Shown: positions 16,547 through 25,899 of the stretch, piece by piece
Layout of the letters: the number at the start of each line of letters is the position of its first letter
How positions within the stretch are numbered: position 1 is the first letter of the stretch
Assembly (NCBI GenBank): GCA_016208875.1
Contig: JACQXD010000006.1
Coordinates: 1 to 41,505 of the forward strand
Direction: 5' to 3'
Source of the DNA: Nitrospirota bacterium
Lineage (GTDB): Bacteria; Nitrospirota; Thermodesulfovibrionia; Thermodesulfovibrionales; UBA1546
DNA: 41,505 nt
The notes under the pieces: model-generated
The model's input: the letters and a program-made list of their open reading frames with translations, nothing else
The model's database searches: none
What the model was told of the DNA's origin: nothing
Position numbers and translations under genes: made by a program

Positions 16547-19500
16547 ATGAGTCTCAGGACAAAACTAACAATTTTTTCACTGGCATTTGCAGTGCTGACC
16601 GCAGGACTCGTCGCAGGCAGTTTTTTTATCTTTAACCGCATGACCGGCAACTTTGCTGCTCAGAGATCGGCTGCCGAGGGATACAACATTTATAATGAAT
16701 GGCATTCGGCCGTAGCGGATTTTGTCATGACCGCAGAGGGATGGGCTGTCACCGGCGACATCAGACATAAAAAAAAATATCGGGGAAAACTTAGAGACGT
16801 TTATACTTCTTTTAGCCGTCTCCACATGATAACACAGGATAGGCCGGAGATCGAAGCTATAGGAAAGGACTTTGAGGAGTTGAAGAAGTTTGCAGATAAC
16901 ATAATGGTATCCGAGCAGCCGGTCGGTGACACTGCCGTTCTTTTTGCATTGCGAAGGCTCGAAGAAAAAGACTGGGAGATCCGTGCGAGAATGGACACCC
17001 TGCGCAGCAGGGCAATAAACAGCTTCACTATTGCTATTGGTCTTGGAGAGAAGATCGAAAGGCAGATGGAGTTTTATCTCGGTGTCCTTTTTCTTTTCAG
17101 CTCTTTCGGATTCCTATCTCTCAGTCTTTTTATGAGAAGGATGATCGCAGTGCCGTTTGGCGATCTTTTGAAGGCAACCGAAAAGATAAGCAGGGGTGAA
17201 CTCACCTACAGGATAGGTTCTAAGCGGCGTGATGAATTCGGAACAATCTCGAAAAGATTCGATGAAATGGTGGAGAAACTTCAGGATTCAAATACAAAGA
17301 TACAGAATAAACTTGCAGAGACGGAACTTCTGCTCGAGACGGCAAGGATTGCGGCAACAACTCCTGAACTTAAGGAAGCCCTCGATATGATTGCAGGGAC
17401 TATTGCAAATAAACTCGGTAAAGATACATGTTCCATATATTTATACAGACAGGAAAGAAATGCATTCTGTCTTGAGGCAAACAGCACGACAGAGGAATTA
17501 TCCGGTGATAAATGCCTGCCACTGGATCACGGTATTGTTGAAGAAATTATTAAAAGCCTCAGCCCTGTGGTTATATATGACATGCAAAATCCCCTCTCAC
17601 CCCCCTTTGCCAAAGGGGGAATGGGGGGATTGGATGTATCAGGTAAGTTCGGTTCTCTGCTTGCAGTTCCGATCGTCAGGGACAACCAGTGTTTTGGACT
17701 GCTTATCCTTAAAACATACAGGGCATACGGCTTTATACCGGATGAGATTAATACAATAAATATTCTGTCGCATACTATAAGCTCCGGTGTAAGGAATACC
17801 GAACTTTATACGGCGACAAAAAATCAGTTGCAAAAGCTTACTGTTTTATATGAGCTCGGCACGACCGTTACATCGGTAATGGACCTCGATGAACTACTGA
17901 AGATAGTTGCCTCCGAGATTACAAAACTGCTGAATGCAAAGGGCTGTATTATAAGGCTTCTGGAAGATGGCATCCTCAGAATAAAATCCTCTTACGGGCT
18001 TGCGGATGAACTGAGAGAGCAGATGGATCTGGTGGTTGGCGACGGGATAGCAGGCTGGGTTGCAAAAGAGGGGACCCCGTTACTCGTTGAAGATGTATCC
18101 AAAATGCCTGCCGATATGAGGGTCCCCGTAATCGATGTTAAGTCCGTTATATGCGTGCCTCTAAAAGTCGGAAGAGAGATTATCGGAACTCTGGGACTTT
18201 ATGACAGGATAGGGCCGGAAGGTGTTGTTATATCGTTTTCTATAGATGATATGAATACGGTTACAACCTTTGCATCGATATCCGCTATCGCTATTGAAAA
18301 GGCAAAGATATATGAGAGTAAATTCCTGAGCGAAAACCGGGCTGTCGAGGCAAAGAAGAGGCTGGACATCCTTTTTGACAGCGTACAGGGCGGGATAGTT
18401 ACACTTGGTAAGGAGCATGAGATAATATCGGTAAACAAATTTATAGAAGACTGGACGAATATGGCCGCCGGTGAGATTATAGGCAAAAATGCCGTAGAGG
18501 TCTTTCATGAAAAAGGGGGGATATGTCCTCATTGTGTTGCAAAGGTTACATATGAAACTGGCCAGATAAATTCCATTACGCAATCCAGAGGCATGAACTA
18601 TGCCGAGCTGACATCGTATCCTATTAGAGACGAGGCAGGCAACATTATCGAGTGCGTTGTATTTATACAGGATATCACCGACAGGGTGCTTTATCACGAG
18701 GAAATACTCGGCCTTTATAAGGAGGTTGCACAGACAAAAGACTATCTTGAGAGTCTTATAGATAATTCTGCCGATGCGATCGTTACTTCCGACCTGAACG
18801 GAATTATAACCTCATGGAACCAGGGTGCAGATAGGATATTCGGCTATACGGAGATCGAGGCCGTAGGCAAATTTCTGCCCTTTGTTCCGCAGTTCCTTCT
18901 GGATACGGAAAAAGAACATATAGAGAGGATAAAGAAGGGTGAAACGCTCAAGGATGTAGAGATATTGCGGCAGAGAAGGGATGGCACGATAATCGAGATA
19001 AGCCTGACACTTTCTCCCATAAAGGATACGGCAGGCGAGGTCATCGGCATAAGCGGCATCTCCAGAGATATATCCGAAAGGAAACGCGTCGAGAAGGAGC
19101 TCATAAGAAGAAATCAGGAACTGTCAAGGTTGTTCTTTATTAGCTCTGCGATGCGTGGTACCCTTGATCTTGACAGGTTGCTCAGAATGGTATTGACCGG
19201 AGTAACAATGAGCGATGGACTCGGATTTAATAGGGCAATACTCTTTCTTATCGATGAGAAAAGGGGTGTGATCAAAGGGGCTATGGGTGTCGGCCCTGCA
19301 AGCCCCGAGGAAGCATGGCAGATATGGGAAAAGCTTTCTATCGAGAAAAGGACACTTCCCGAGATCATGCGCGATATAGAAGCAGGTCCTCTAAGGAAGG
19401 ACTCATTTCTTGACAGGCTCAGCATCGGAATGGAAATACCTATAGAAGATAATACGATACTGACGCGGACGGTTAAGGAGAAGAAGGCCATTGCCGTGCC

Positions 19501-20773
19501 TGATGTTAAGAAAGAGCCGTTGTCGGATGCCGTTCTTATACAGCAGCTCGGTACCCAGGCCTATGCTGCCGTGCCGTTGATCTCGAGGGATAAGGTAATA
19601 GGCGTATTATGGGTAGATAATTTTTTTACCAAGCGGCTGATAACGGAAGAGGACATGAAATTCCTCACCGGTTTTTCGAACCAGGTAGCAAGTGCCATAG
19701 AGAATGCACGACTGTTCGAACAGGTATCGCGTGCAGAAGCCGAACTCGAAAATATCTTCGGGTCTATTTCCGACATGGTCTATATTACGGATAAGAATTA
19801 CACGATAAAGAATATAAATAAGGCTGTAGCCGACAGGATAGGGAGACCTGCCGGAGAAATAATAGACAAAAAATGTTATGAGATATTCCACGGCATGAAT
19901 GAGCCGTTAATAGAATGCCCGCACCATAAAACGGTCACGACAAGGAAGGCATATATAGAAGAAGTCGAGGATAAATATCTCGGTGGAACATTCTTGACAT
20001 CGAGTTCCCCGGTATTCGACCCTGGAGGAGAATTTGTAGGTACCGTTCATGTAGTTAGGGACATAACCGAATTAGATAATCTCAGAGATAAGTTAGCTGC
20101 TGCAGAGAGAATGGCTGCCCTCGGAGAGGTTGCCGCAAAGGTCGCACACGAAATAAGGAACCCATTGGTCTCTGTCGGAGGTTTTGCAAGAAGACTCGAG
20201 GGTAAACTCGATGGAAACCTTAAAGAGTACGCCGGTATTATATCAAAGGAAGTAGGCAGGCTCGAAGATATACTCAAAGAGATACTCGGATTTGTCAAAG
20301 AGGCCAGGCTGGTTAAAGAGAGAATCGATATTAACGAGATCATTAACGATATTATATTGCTGACCGAGACGGAGGTAAAGGAAAGAGGGATCAGACTTGT
20401 AAGGGAAGCAACCGGAACACTGCAGGTCTTAGTAGACCCTAACAGGATAAAAGACGCATTGCTTAATATATTTAATAACGCCATCCAGGCATTAACCACT
20501 AACGGTACTATAACGGTAAAGACTTATTCGGCGGAAGATTCGGCAGTAGTCGAAATAGGCGATACAGGCCCCGGCATAGACGAAAAGGACCTGCCTTTTA
20601 TCTTCAGCCCGTTTTACACCACAAAGGCTGCGGGTACAGGTCTCGGTCTTGCAATTACCAACAGGATTATAGAGGAACATAAAGGGAGGATAGAAGTAGA
20701 AAGCATATCAGGTAAAGGCACGACATTTAAGGTATTCTTACCAATAATGTCGAAGCAGGATGATCTAAATTAA
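16547..20773 (+). CDS. Multidomain sensor histidine kinase (TM sensor-HAMP-GAF-GAF-PAS-PAS-GAF-PAS-HisKA-HATPase_c)
   Basis: About 1,408 aa. It has two TM segments, a HAMP domain (AVPFGDLLKATEKISRGELTYRI), several GAF and PAS blocks, the H-box AAKVAHEIRNPL and the G-box GTGLGLAI. Confidence 0.9.
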   Translation: MSLRTKLTIFSLAFAVLTAGLVAGSFFIFNRMTGNFAAQRSAAEGYNIYNEWHSAVADFVMTAEGWAVTGDIRHKKKYRGKLRDVYTSFSRLHMITQDRPEIEAIGKDFEELKKFADNIMVSEQPVGDTAVLFALRRLEEKDWEIRARMDTLRSRAINSFTIAIGLGEKIERQMEFYLGVLFLFSSFGFLSLSLFMRRMIAVPFGDLLKATEKISRGELTYRIGSKRRDEFGTISKRFDEMVEKLQDSNTKIQNKLAETELLLETARIAATTPELKEALDMIAGTIANKLGKDTCSIYLYRQERNAFCLEANSTTEELSGDKCLPLDHGIVEEIIKSLSPVVIYDMQNPLSPPFAKGGMGGLDVSGKFGSLLAVPIVRDNQCFGLLILKTYRAYGFIPDEINTINILSHTISSGVRNTELYTATKNQLQKLTVLYELGTTVTSVMDLDELLKIVASEITKLLNAKGCIIRLLEDGILRIKSSYGLADELREQMDLVVGDGIAGWVAKEGTPLLVEDVSKMPADMRVPVIDVKSVICVPLKVGREIIGTLGLYDRIGPEGVVISFSIDDMNTVTTFASISAIAIEKAKIYESKFLSENRAVEAKKRLDILFDSVQGGIVTLGKEHEIISVNKFIEDWTNMAAGEIIGKNAVEVFHEKGGICPHCVAKVTYETGQINSITQSRGMNYAELTSYPIRDEAGNIIECVVFIQDITDRVLYHEEILGLYKEVAQTKDYLESLIDNSADAIVTSDLNGIITSWNQGADRIFGYTEIEAVGKFLPFVPQFLLDTEKEHIERIKKGETLKDVEILRQRRDGTIIEISLTLSPIKDTAGEVIGISGISRDISERKRVEKELIRRNQELSRLFFISSAMRGTLDLDRLLRMVLTGVTMSDGLGFNRAILFLIDEKRGVIKGAMGVGPASPEEAWQIWEKLSIEKRTLPEIMRDIEAGPLRKDSFLDRLSIGMEIPIEDNTILTRTVKEKKAIAVPDVKKEPLSDAVLIQQLGTQAYAAVPLISRDKVIGVLWVDNFFTKRLITEEDMKFLTGFSNQVASAIENARLFEQVSRAEAELENIFGSISDMVYITDKNYTIKNINKAVADRIGRPAGEIIDKKCYEIFHGMNEPLIECPHHKTVTTRKAYIEEVEDKYLGGTFLTSSSPVFDPGGEFVGTVHVVRDITELDNLRDKLAAAERMAALGEVAAKVAHEIRNPLVSVGGFARRLEGKLDGNLKEYAGIISKEVGRLEDILKEILGFVKEARLVKERIDINEIINDIILLTETEVKERGIRLVREATGTLQVLVDPNRIKDALLNIFNNAIQALTTNGTITVKTYSAEDSAVVEIGDTGPGIDEKDLPFIFSPFYTTKAAGTGLGLAITNRIIEEHKGRIEVESISGKGTTFKVFLPIMSKQDDLN

Positions 20774-20786
20774 AAAAGGAGGGAAT

Positions 20787-21137
20787 ATGAAAATACTGGT
20801 AGTCGATGATGACCTGCACATCCAGAAGCTTTACAAGGAAGAGTTGGAGGAAGAGGGCTACAAGGTTGTTATCGCAGGTACGGGCGAGAAGGCAATGGAA
20901 TTGTTTCTGAAAGAGAATCCCGACCTCGTTACACTCGATATACTGATGCCCGATATTGACGGTATCAAACTCCTACGGCAGATGAAAGAGAAAAAGCCGA
21001 GGCTTCCGATCATAATGTCTACGGCATATGATTATAGGGATGACTTTGCCGTATGGGCCTCGGAGGCGTATATCGTCAAATCGGCAGATCTTAACGAGTT
21101 GAAGAACACTATAAAAAAGCTCCTGCCGAAACAGTAA
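20787..21137 (+). CDS. Single-domain response regulator (CheY-like), partner of the upstream kinase
   Basis: MKILVVDDD...LVTLDILMPDIDG...; 116 aa; starts 13 nt after the kinase stop and has an AGGAGG RBS. Confidence 0.9.
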   Translation: MKILVVDDDLHIQKLYKEELEEEGYKVVIAGTGEKAMELFLKENPDLVTLDILMPDIDGIKLLRQMKEKKPRLPIIMSTAYDYRDDFAVWASEAYIVKSADLNELKNTIKKLLPKQ

Positions 21138-22339
21138 TGTCTCTGGCGATTAAGGCTCAAGCTCCGGTTTACGGTGGTTATGTGATTGCCCGTGATAACG
21201 GGATCATTTTTATTCGCGGTGCGATCCCCGACGAGATTGTCGACGTTGCTATAAGCGAGAAGAAAAGGGATTATTCTATAGGGGTGGTCACAAATATCAT
21301 TGAGCCTTCACCTTACAGAATATTCCCGCCGTGTCCTGTATTCGGGATTTGCGGCGGATGTCACCTTCAGTTTATCTCATACGAGAAACAGATATTAATG
21401 AAAGAAGATATACTGCTCGACTCTCTTCGGAGGATTGGAGGGATCGAGACATCGCTGTCCCCCGCACTTACGGGAAATGATTACCACTACAGGCACAGAG
21501 CCCAGTTTAAAGTCTCTCCTCAGGGCAAAGTGGGTTTTTATAAAGAAGGCACGAGAGAGGTTGTAGCTATCGAAAAATGCCCTTTGATGACGACAGAGAT
21601 AAATCTCCTGCTCGATAGGTTATCCGCGCCCGTAGGAATGCTGCGGGGGATTAAGGAAATTCATGTATCATATGGCGATACCTCTGTTGCCCTGATCAAG
21701 ACAAGGACATTTACGGAGGATATGGAAAATATGCTGATCGGCATCTTTTCCGGTATCGCCTTTGAAAACGGAGAATCCATAGGTAAAGACTATATAAAAC
21801 TTGACCTTAACGGCCTTCAGTACACGATTACCGCATGGAGTTTTTTCCAGTCCAACTGGAACTTAAATAGGAAAATCGTTGAACTGCTGATAAGCGAATT
21901 GCAGCCTCTGGAAGGTATGCGTATTCTTGATCTTTATGCAGGTGCAGGGAATTTTTCCCTACCTATTGCAGTGCATGCATCGCATGTTGTTGCTGTCGAG
22001 GAAAATCTCCATGCAATTGAAGATGGGCAGAGGAATGCAGGATTAAACAACATAAAAAATTGTAAGTTTATTAAATCATCAGCGGAAAAATATAAAACCG
22101 GTGATAAATTCGATACCCTGATACTCGACCCCCCAAGGTCCGGACTTTCCAATGAAGTTATGAGAAAGGTCATTGACCTTTCTCCGGAAAGGATTTGCTA
22201 TATCTCGTGCAATCCGGCAACGCTGGCAAGGGATATAAAGAAGCTTAAAGAAAAATACGATATAAATTCTATCAGGATGGTTGATTTCTTCCCGAATACA
22301 TATCATGTGGAGGCAGTGGCTTTCTTGAGCCTGAGGTAA
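21137..22339 (+). CDS. rlmD: 23S rRNA (uracil-5-)-methyltransferase RlmD/RumA family (TRAM + Fe-S + SAM MTase)
   Basis: It has a TRAM-like N-terminus, the Cys cluster CPVFGICGGCHLQ ... C, LDLYAGAGNFSLP (SAM motif I), LDPPRSG and YISCNPATLARD. Confidence 0.85.
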   Translation: MSLAIKAQAPVYGGYVIARDNGIIFIRGAIPDEIVDVAISEKKRDYSIGVVTNIIEPSPYRIFPPCPVFGICGGCHLQFISYEKQILMKEDILLDSLRRIGGIETSLSPALTGNDYHYRHRAQFKVSPQGKVGFYKEGTREVVAIEKCPLMTTEINLLLDRLSAPVGMLRGIKEIHVSYGDTSVALIKTRTFTEDMENMLIGIFSGIAFENGESIGKDYIKLDLNGLQYTITAWSFFQSNWNLNRKIVELLISELQPLEGMRILDLYAGAGNFSLPIAVHASHVVAVEENLHAIEDGQRNAGLNNIKNCKFIKSSAEKYKTGDKFDTLILDPPRSGLSNEVMRKVIDLSPERICYISCNPATLARDIKKLKEKYDINSIRMVDFFPNTYHVEAVAFLSLR

Positions 22340-22394
22340 GAGAAACTTGATCAAATTTAAAATTTGCGGGGTTCATCGGCTTTCCTGTCTCTTG

Positions 22395-22595
22395 TGGTAT
22401 ACTTAACAAGAAATACATAAGTAAAACTACGTTGTCATTCCCGCAAGCGAAGCGCGTCGGGAATCTTTTCCCTTATGTCACTCCCGCTTGTCGGGAGTCC
22501 TTCTTTAAGAAAGATTCCGAACAAGTCGGAATGACGGTAGACCCGACAAGCCGGAATGACCGCTTCGAGGCTTTGTTATGTTAGTTCTGAGTAAA
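22395..22595. repeat. Second copy of the 8268-8410 mosaic, with extra hairpin modules
   Basis: A 33-nt block identical to 8305-8337 (gtcattcccgcaagcgaagcgcgtcgggaatct) and a roughly 43-nt near-identical tail (ccggaatgaccgctt.gaggctttgttatgttagttct.agtaa). Confidence 0.85.
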
Positions 22596-22617
22596 TGCAT
22601 AAAAAGGTGGAGGCTAA

Positions 22618-23217
22618 ATGATCGGTTCGTTAAGAGGAAGGCTTATCTCAAGAAGACCCGACAATGTGATTGTAGAGGTCAACGGCGTCGGTTACCATGT
22701 TAATGTCCCCCTGAATATCCTTTCTAATCTACCGGAAGAAGGCAGTAATGTTTTCCTGCACATCTACACACATGTTCGAGAAGATGCTCTCCAGTTATAC
22801 GGATTTTCAACCGAAGACGAAAAAAAGATATTCACCACCCTGCTTGGCATAACAGGCATAGGTCCCAGAATGGCGTTGAACATACTTTCAGGCATATCCC
22901 ACAATGATTTCATACAGGCAATAGAAAAAGAAGACGTTGCCCTCCTCTGCCGTATCCCGGGTCTCGGCAAAAAAACAGCACACAGGTTGATACTCGAACT
23001 CAGGGAAAAGCTGCCGGCGGCAGAAAAACCTAAAGACAGGCTCTTTGAAGACACACTCTCTGCCCTCGTTAATCTCGGATATAAAAAGGCAATTGCACAG
23101 GAGTCACTGGAAATTGCCTATAAAAAAGGGTTCAATACAATCGAGAGTCTTCTCAAAGAGTCGTTGAAATATCTGACCAAAGGTGTAGATGAAAATAAGG
23201 GAGGAATTGCTTTATAA
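22618..23217 (+). CDS. ruvA: Holliday junction branch migration complex subunit RuvA
   Basis: MIGSLRGRL......VIVEVNGVGYHVNVP ... GIGPRMALNILS ... IPGLGKKTAHRLILEL. Confidence 0.95.
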   Translation: MIGSLRGRLISRRPDNVIVEVNGVGYHVNVPLNILSNLPEEGSNVFLHIYTHVREDALQLYGFSTEDEKKIFTTLLGITGIGPRMALNILSGISHNDFIQAIEKEDVALLCRIPGLGKKTAHRLILELREKLPAAEKPKDRLFEDTLSALVNLGYKKAIAQESLEIAYKKGFNTIESLLKESLKYLTKGVDENKGGIAL

Positions 23218-23238
23218 AGGAGAATAAAGGAGAAAAAA

Positions 23239-23475
23239 ATGTCTCTTAAGATTGAACAAAGACTTGATAATCTCTTTTTCACCGAATCTAAGCCACGCAT
23301 ATACACAACAGGGGCGTATCTTGTTCCGATGGAAATTGTCGAAGGAGATAAACACCGATTTGTCTGGGTTGTCGATCAATTCGATGATGATACATATAAA
23401 AAGGATGGCCTCTGTTCCCCAAGAGTGTACACGTTTGAAAAAGATAAGATGTTTGAAACAGAAATAGCTGCATGA
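23239..23475 (+). pseudogene. Possible central fragment of a beta-class DNA methyltransferase (or small hypothetical protein)
   Basis: 78 aa. HRFVWVV..(15)..RVYTFEKDKMFE parallels FRNWILW..(15)..ILYFTKDKEKFKF of the intact methylase at 29737..30468. No DPPY/F motif is present. There is a good RBS, and the stop overlaps the next ATG (ATGA). Confidence 0.35.
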
Positions 23476-23993
23476 TATCTGACGTCTGGACAGATTTGCA
23501 CAGAATCAAACATGCTAAGAATAGGGACGAACACCCTTGTCAACTACCCGAAACAATTCTTGAACGTTTGATTTTAATGACGACAGATGAAGGTAATATC
23601 ATTCTTGACCCCTTTAATGGAACTGGGACAACTGTAATCGCTGCAAAACGTCTCGGAAGAAAATACATTGGGATTGAACTTGACAAACAATATGTTTCTA
23701 TTGCAGAAGAAAAGCTTAAAATCGTTCGACCGGATTCTCATATTGATGGTGTTTGGGTTAGTAAGTATCTTAATGGAATAGCTACTATTCGTGATAAAGA
23801 CTGGGGTGTTCTTCAATCTCATTTTAAAATTCCAAATCCCATCCCTCTGCTTGAATATAAAAATATCATTTATAAGAACGGAAAGATTTGTAAACATACG
23901 CATATTTCAAGAAAAACGGTGAGACAAAACGCATTTTCTTCTCCTGATATTATGACTTGTCATGAAATAGCAGCTAAATCTGCAAAAAACTAA
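23472..23993 (+). pseudogene. DNA methyltransferase C-terminal (AdoMet-binding) fragment lacking catalytic motif IV
   Basis: DVW......EHPCQLPETILERLILMTTDEGNIILDPFNGTGTTVIAAKRLGRKYIGIEL corresponds to motifs VIII-like through I-III of N4/N6 beta-class methylases. No (D/S)PP(Y/F) occurs anywhere upstream in frame. Confidence 0.6.
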
Positions 23994-24013
23994 AAGCAGG
24001 TGGCATTATTATA

Positions 24014-24169
24014 ATTGTTCGCTTTGTTCGCTTTGACGGCTGGCAACATACAACTACCGGAGAAAAAGAAGTTAAAAGAGAATTGAGAAAAATCTTTTGG
24101 GTGAAGTATGTGATTAAAGACGAGAAGCTTTTCAATAAGGCGTATGAATATATTAAGGAGTATTATTGA
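24014..24169 (+). pseudogene. Start-less remnant resembling the extreme C-terminus of type I restriction R subunits
   Basis: An open frame without ATG reads ...TGEKEVKRELRKIFWVKYVIKDEKLFNKAYEYIKEYY*. From memory, this is similar to the conserved HsdR-associated tail (..GE.EV...LR..L.KYKL..D.ELF.KAY.YI..YY). This was not verified by search. Confidence 0.3.
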
Positions 24170-24292
24170 TATCTTAGGACTTTTGGGGTGTAAATCTGTG
24201 GGTTTCGGACTCACAAATTGATATTTTGATAATGACATATTAAGGGTATTTTGTTTTACAATATTTAATAATTCTGTTAAAGGAGGAAAGGC

Positions 24293-24490
24293 ATGGGTGT
24301 AGGAGTAATGGTTGAATTAAAGGTTGAAGACATTGCCAGCTCTATCAAAAAGCTCGGTAAGGCTGATAAAGAAATGCTGCTTCTTTTGTTATCAGGCAAA
24401 GGTCGGGAACTTGCCGGACGTGTAAGAGATATAAAAACCAAAAGAGTCAAGCCGATAACAAGAGAGGAAGTATTCAAGGATGTCTTATAA
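24293..24490 (+). CDS. Putative antitoxin of the RelE/ParE pair
   Basis: 65 aa with an AGGAGG RBS. It overlaps the toxin gene by 11 nt and has the small, acidic/basic mixed character typical of such antitoxins. Confidence 0.55.
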   Translation: MGVGVMVELKVEDIASSIKKLGKADKEMLLLLLSGKGRELAGRVRDIKTKRVKPITREEVFKDVL

Positions 24491-24770
24491 AGATACCTAT
24501 CATCCCAGGGTTAAATCGGACTTGAAAAGTCTTGATCGACCTGTTGTTAAGGATATTTACGATATCCATATTGAAAGGCTTCTAAACAATCCCGAATTAG
24601 GGGAAAAACTCCATGGAGAACTCGAAGGTGTTTTTAGCTATCATTTCAGGAAAAACAAAATTGATTACCGTATCGCATATACGGCTGAAGAAACATCAAA
24701 TATTGTTTATATCGTTATGATAGGAAAGCGAGAAAACTTTTACGAAATATTAAAACGGCGGCTGTTATGA
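24480..24770 (+). CDS. Type II toxin, RelE/ParE family
   Basis: 96 aa. ...YHPRVKSDLKSLD..V...I...I..L..NP..G..L.G.L.G..SY....YRI.Y.....IV.I..IG.R...Y fits the RelE/ParE pattern. Confidence 0.8.
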   Translation: MSYKDTYHPRVKSDLKSLDRPVVKDIYDIHIERLLNNPELGEKLHGELEGVFSYHFRKNKIDYRIAYTAEETSNIVYIVMIGKRENFYEILKRRLL

Positions 24771-24870
24771 ATTTCTATAATCGAGATCGAATCACGGCTC
24801 GGACATTGAGGGAAATCATGACACAAAAGTGTAAAAGAAATTATGCCTTTAAAGAAAAAAAGGAAACCAT

Positions 24871-25896
24871 ATGATCCGCAAAGACGATCAGCCTGACAGA
24901 ACTTTGAGCCCTGCCGTAAAGGAGGACGACCTCTCGTGCGAAGTCAACCTGAGACCGAAGACATTCAACGACTTCGTAGGTCAGGAAAAGCTAAAAGAAA
25001 ATCTGAAGGTATTCATCACTGCTGCAAAACAGAGGAGCGAGGCATTGGATCATGTCCTCTTCTGCGGTCCTCCGGGACTCGGAAAGACTACGCTCGCAAC
25101 GATAATTGCGAATGAACTAAAGGTTAATATAAGGTCTACATCGGGTCCTGTTCTCGAGAGACCCGGAGACCTCGCTGCAATACTTACAAACATCTCGGAT
25201 TTTGACATCCTCTTTATAGATGAGATCCATCGTCTTCCGAGAATAGTCGAGGAAGTCCTCTATCCGGCAATGGAGGATTACCAGCTCGACATAATAATCG
25301 GGCAGGGGCCGAATGCGAGGACATTGAAACTGAATCTCCCTAAATTCACCCTTGTCGGTGCTACGACCAGGACAGGACTCCTTACCTCTCCCCTGAGAGA
25401 CAGATTCGGGGTAATAAACAGACTCGAATTTTATGATCCGGCTGAACTTAAAAAGATAGTTTTACGATCTGCCGAAATCCTCGGCATTGAGATTAAAGAT
25501 AATGCCGCTTTTGAGATTGCAATGCGCTCTCGCGGTACACCGAGGATTGCAAACAGACTTTTGAGGAGGATAAGGGACTTTGCACAGGTGAAAGGGGATG
25601 GATCGATTGACTTGAACATAACAAAGGAATCCCTGATCTCCCTCGATGTTGATGCAAAGGGACTTGACGACATAGACAGAAAACTACTTTCGACTATTAT
25701 CGAGAAATTCGGCGGCGGTCCGGTAGGTGTAGACACCCTCTCGGCAGCAATGAGGGAGGATAGAGAGACTATAGAGGACGTCTATGAGCCTTACCTCCTT
25801 CAGGAAGGATTCCTCGAGAGGACCCCGCGAGGAAGACTTGCCACAAAACATGCATATCAACACCTCGGGATAAATATCCCTCAAGGATTGTTTTAG
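24871..25896 (+). CDS. ruvB: Holliday junction branch migration DNA helicase RuvB
   Basis: [19 protein letters not shown], Walker [12 protein letters not shown], Walker [10 protein letters not shown] and the sensor/arginine-finger regions. Confidence 0.95.
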   Translation: MIRKDDQPDRTLSPAVKEDDLSCEVNLRPKTFNDFVGQEKLKENLKVFITAAKQRSEALDHVLFCGPPGLGKTTLATIIANELKVNIRSTSGPVLERPGDLAAILTNISDFDILFIDEIHRLPRIVEEVLYPAMEDYQLDIIIGQGPNARTLKLNLPKFTLVGATTRTGLLTSPLRDRFGVINRLEFYDPAELKKIVLRSAEILGIEIKDNAAFEIAMRSRGTPRIANRLLRRIRDFAQVKGDGSIDLNITKESLISLDVDAKGLDDIDRKLLSTIIEKFGGGPVGVDTLSAAMREDRETIEDVYEPYLLQEGFLERTPRGRLATKHAYQHLGINIPQGLF

Positions 25897-25899
25897 AAG

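Noticed and set aside
16577-20680. Many 60-180-aa ORFs antisense or out of frame within the histidine kinase gene. Similar shadow ORFs lie inside other long genes, e.g. 535..867, 8832..9248, 11571..11981, 26109..26579, 37305..37874 and 40316..40795.
   Set aside because: They have low-complexity Ser/Leu/Ile-rich translations, no RBS and complete overlap with strongly supported genes. These are typical shadow ORFs.
23990-24238. 82-aa minus-strand ORF in the ruvA-ruvB islet.
   Set aside because: It has no RBS and an odd composition. The opposite strand carries a more convincing, though fragmentary, protein-like frame.
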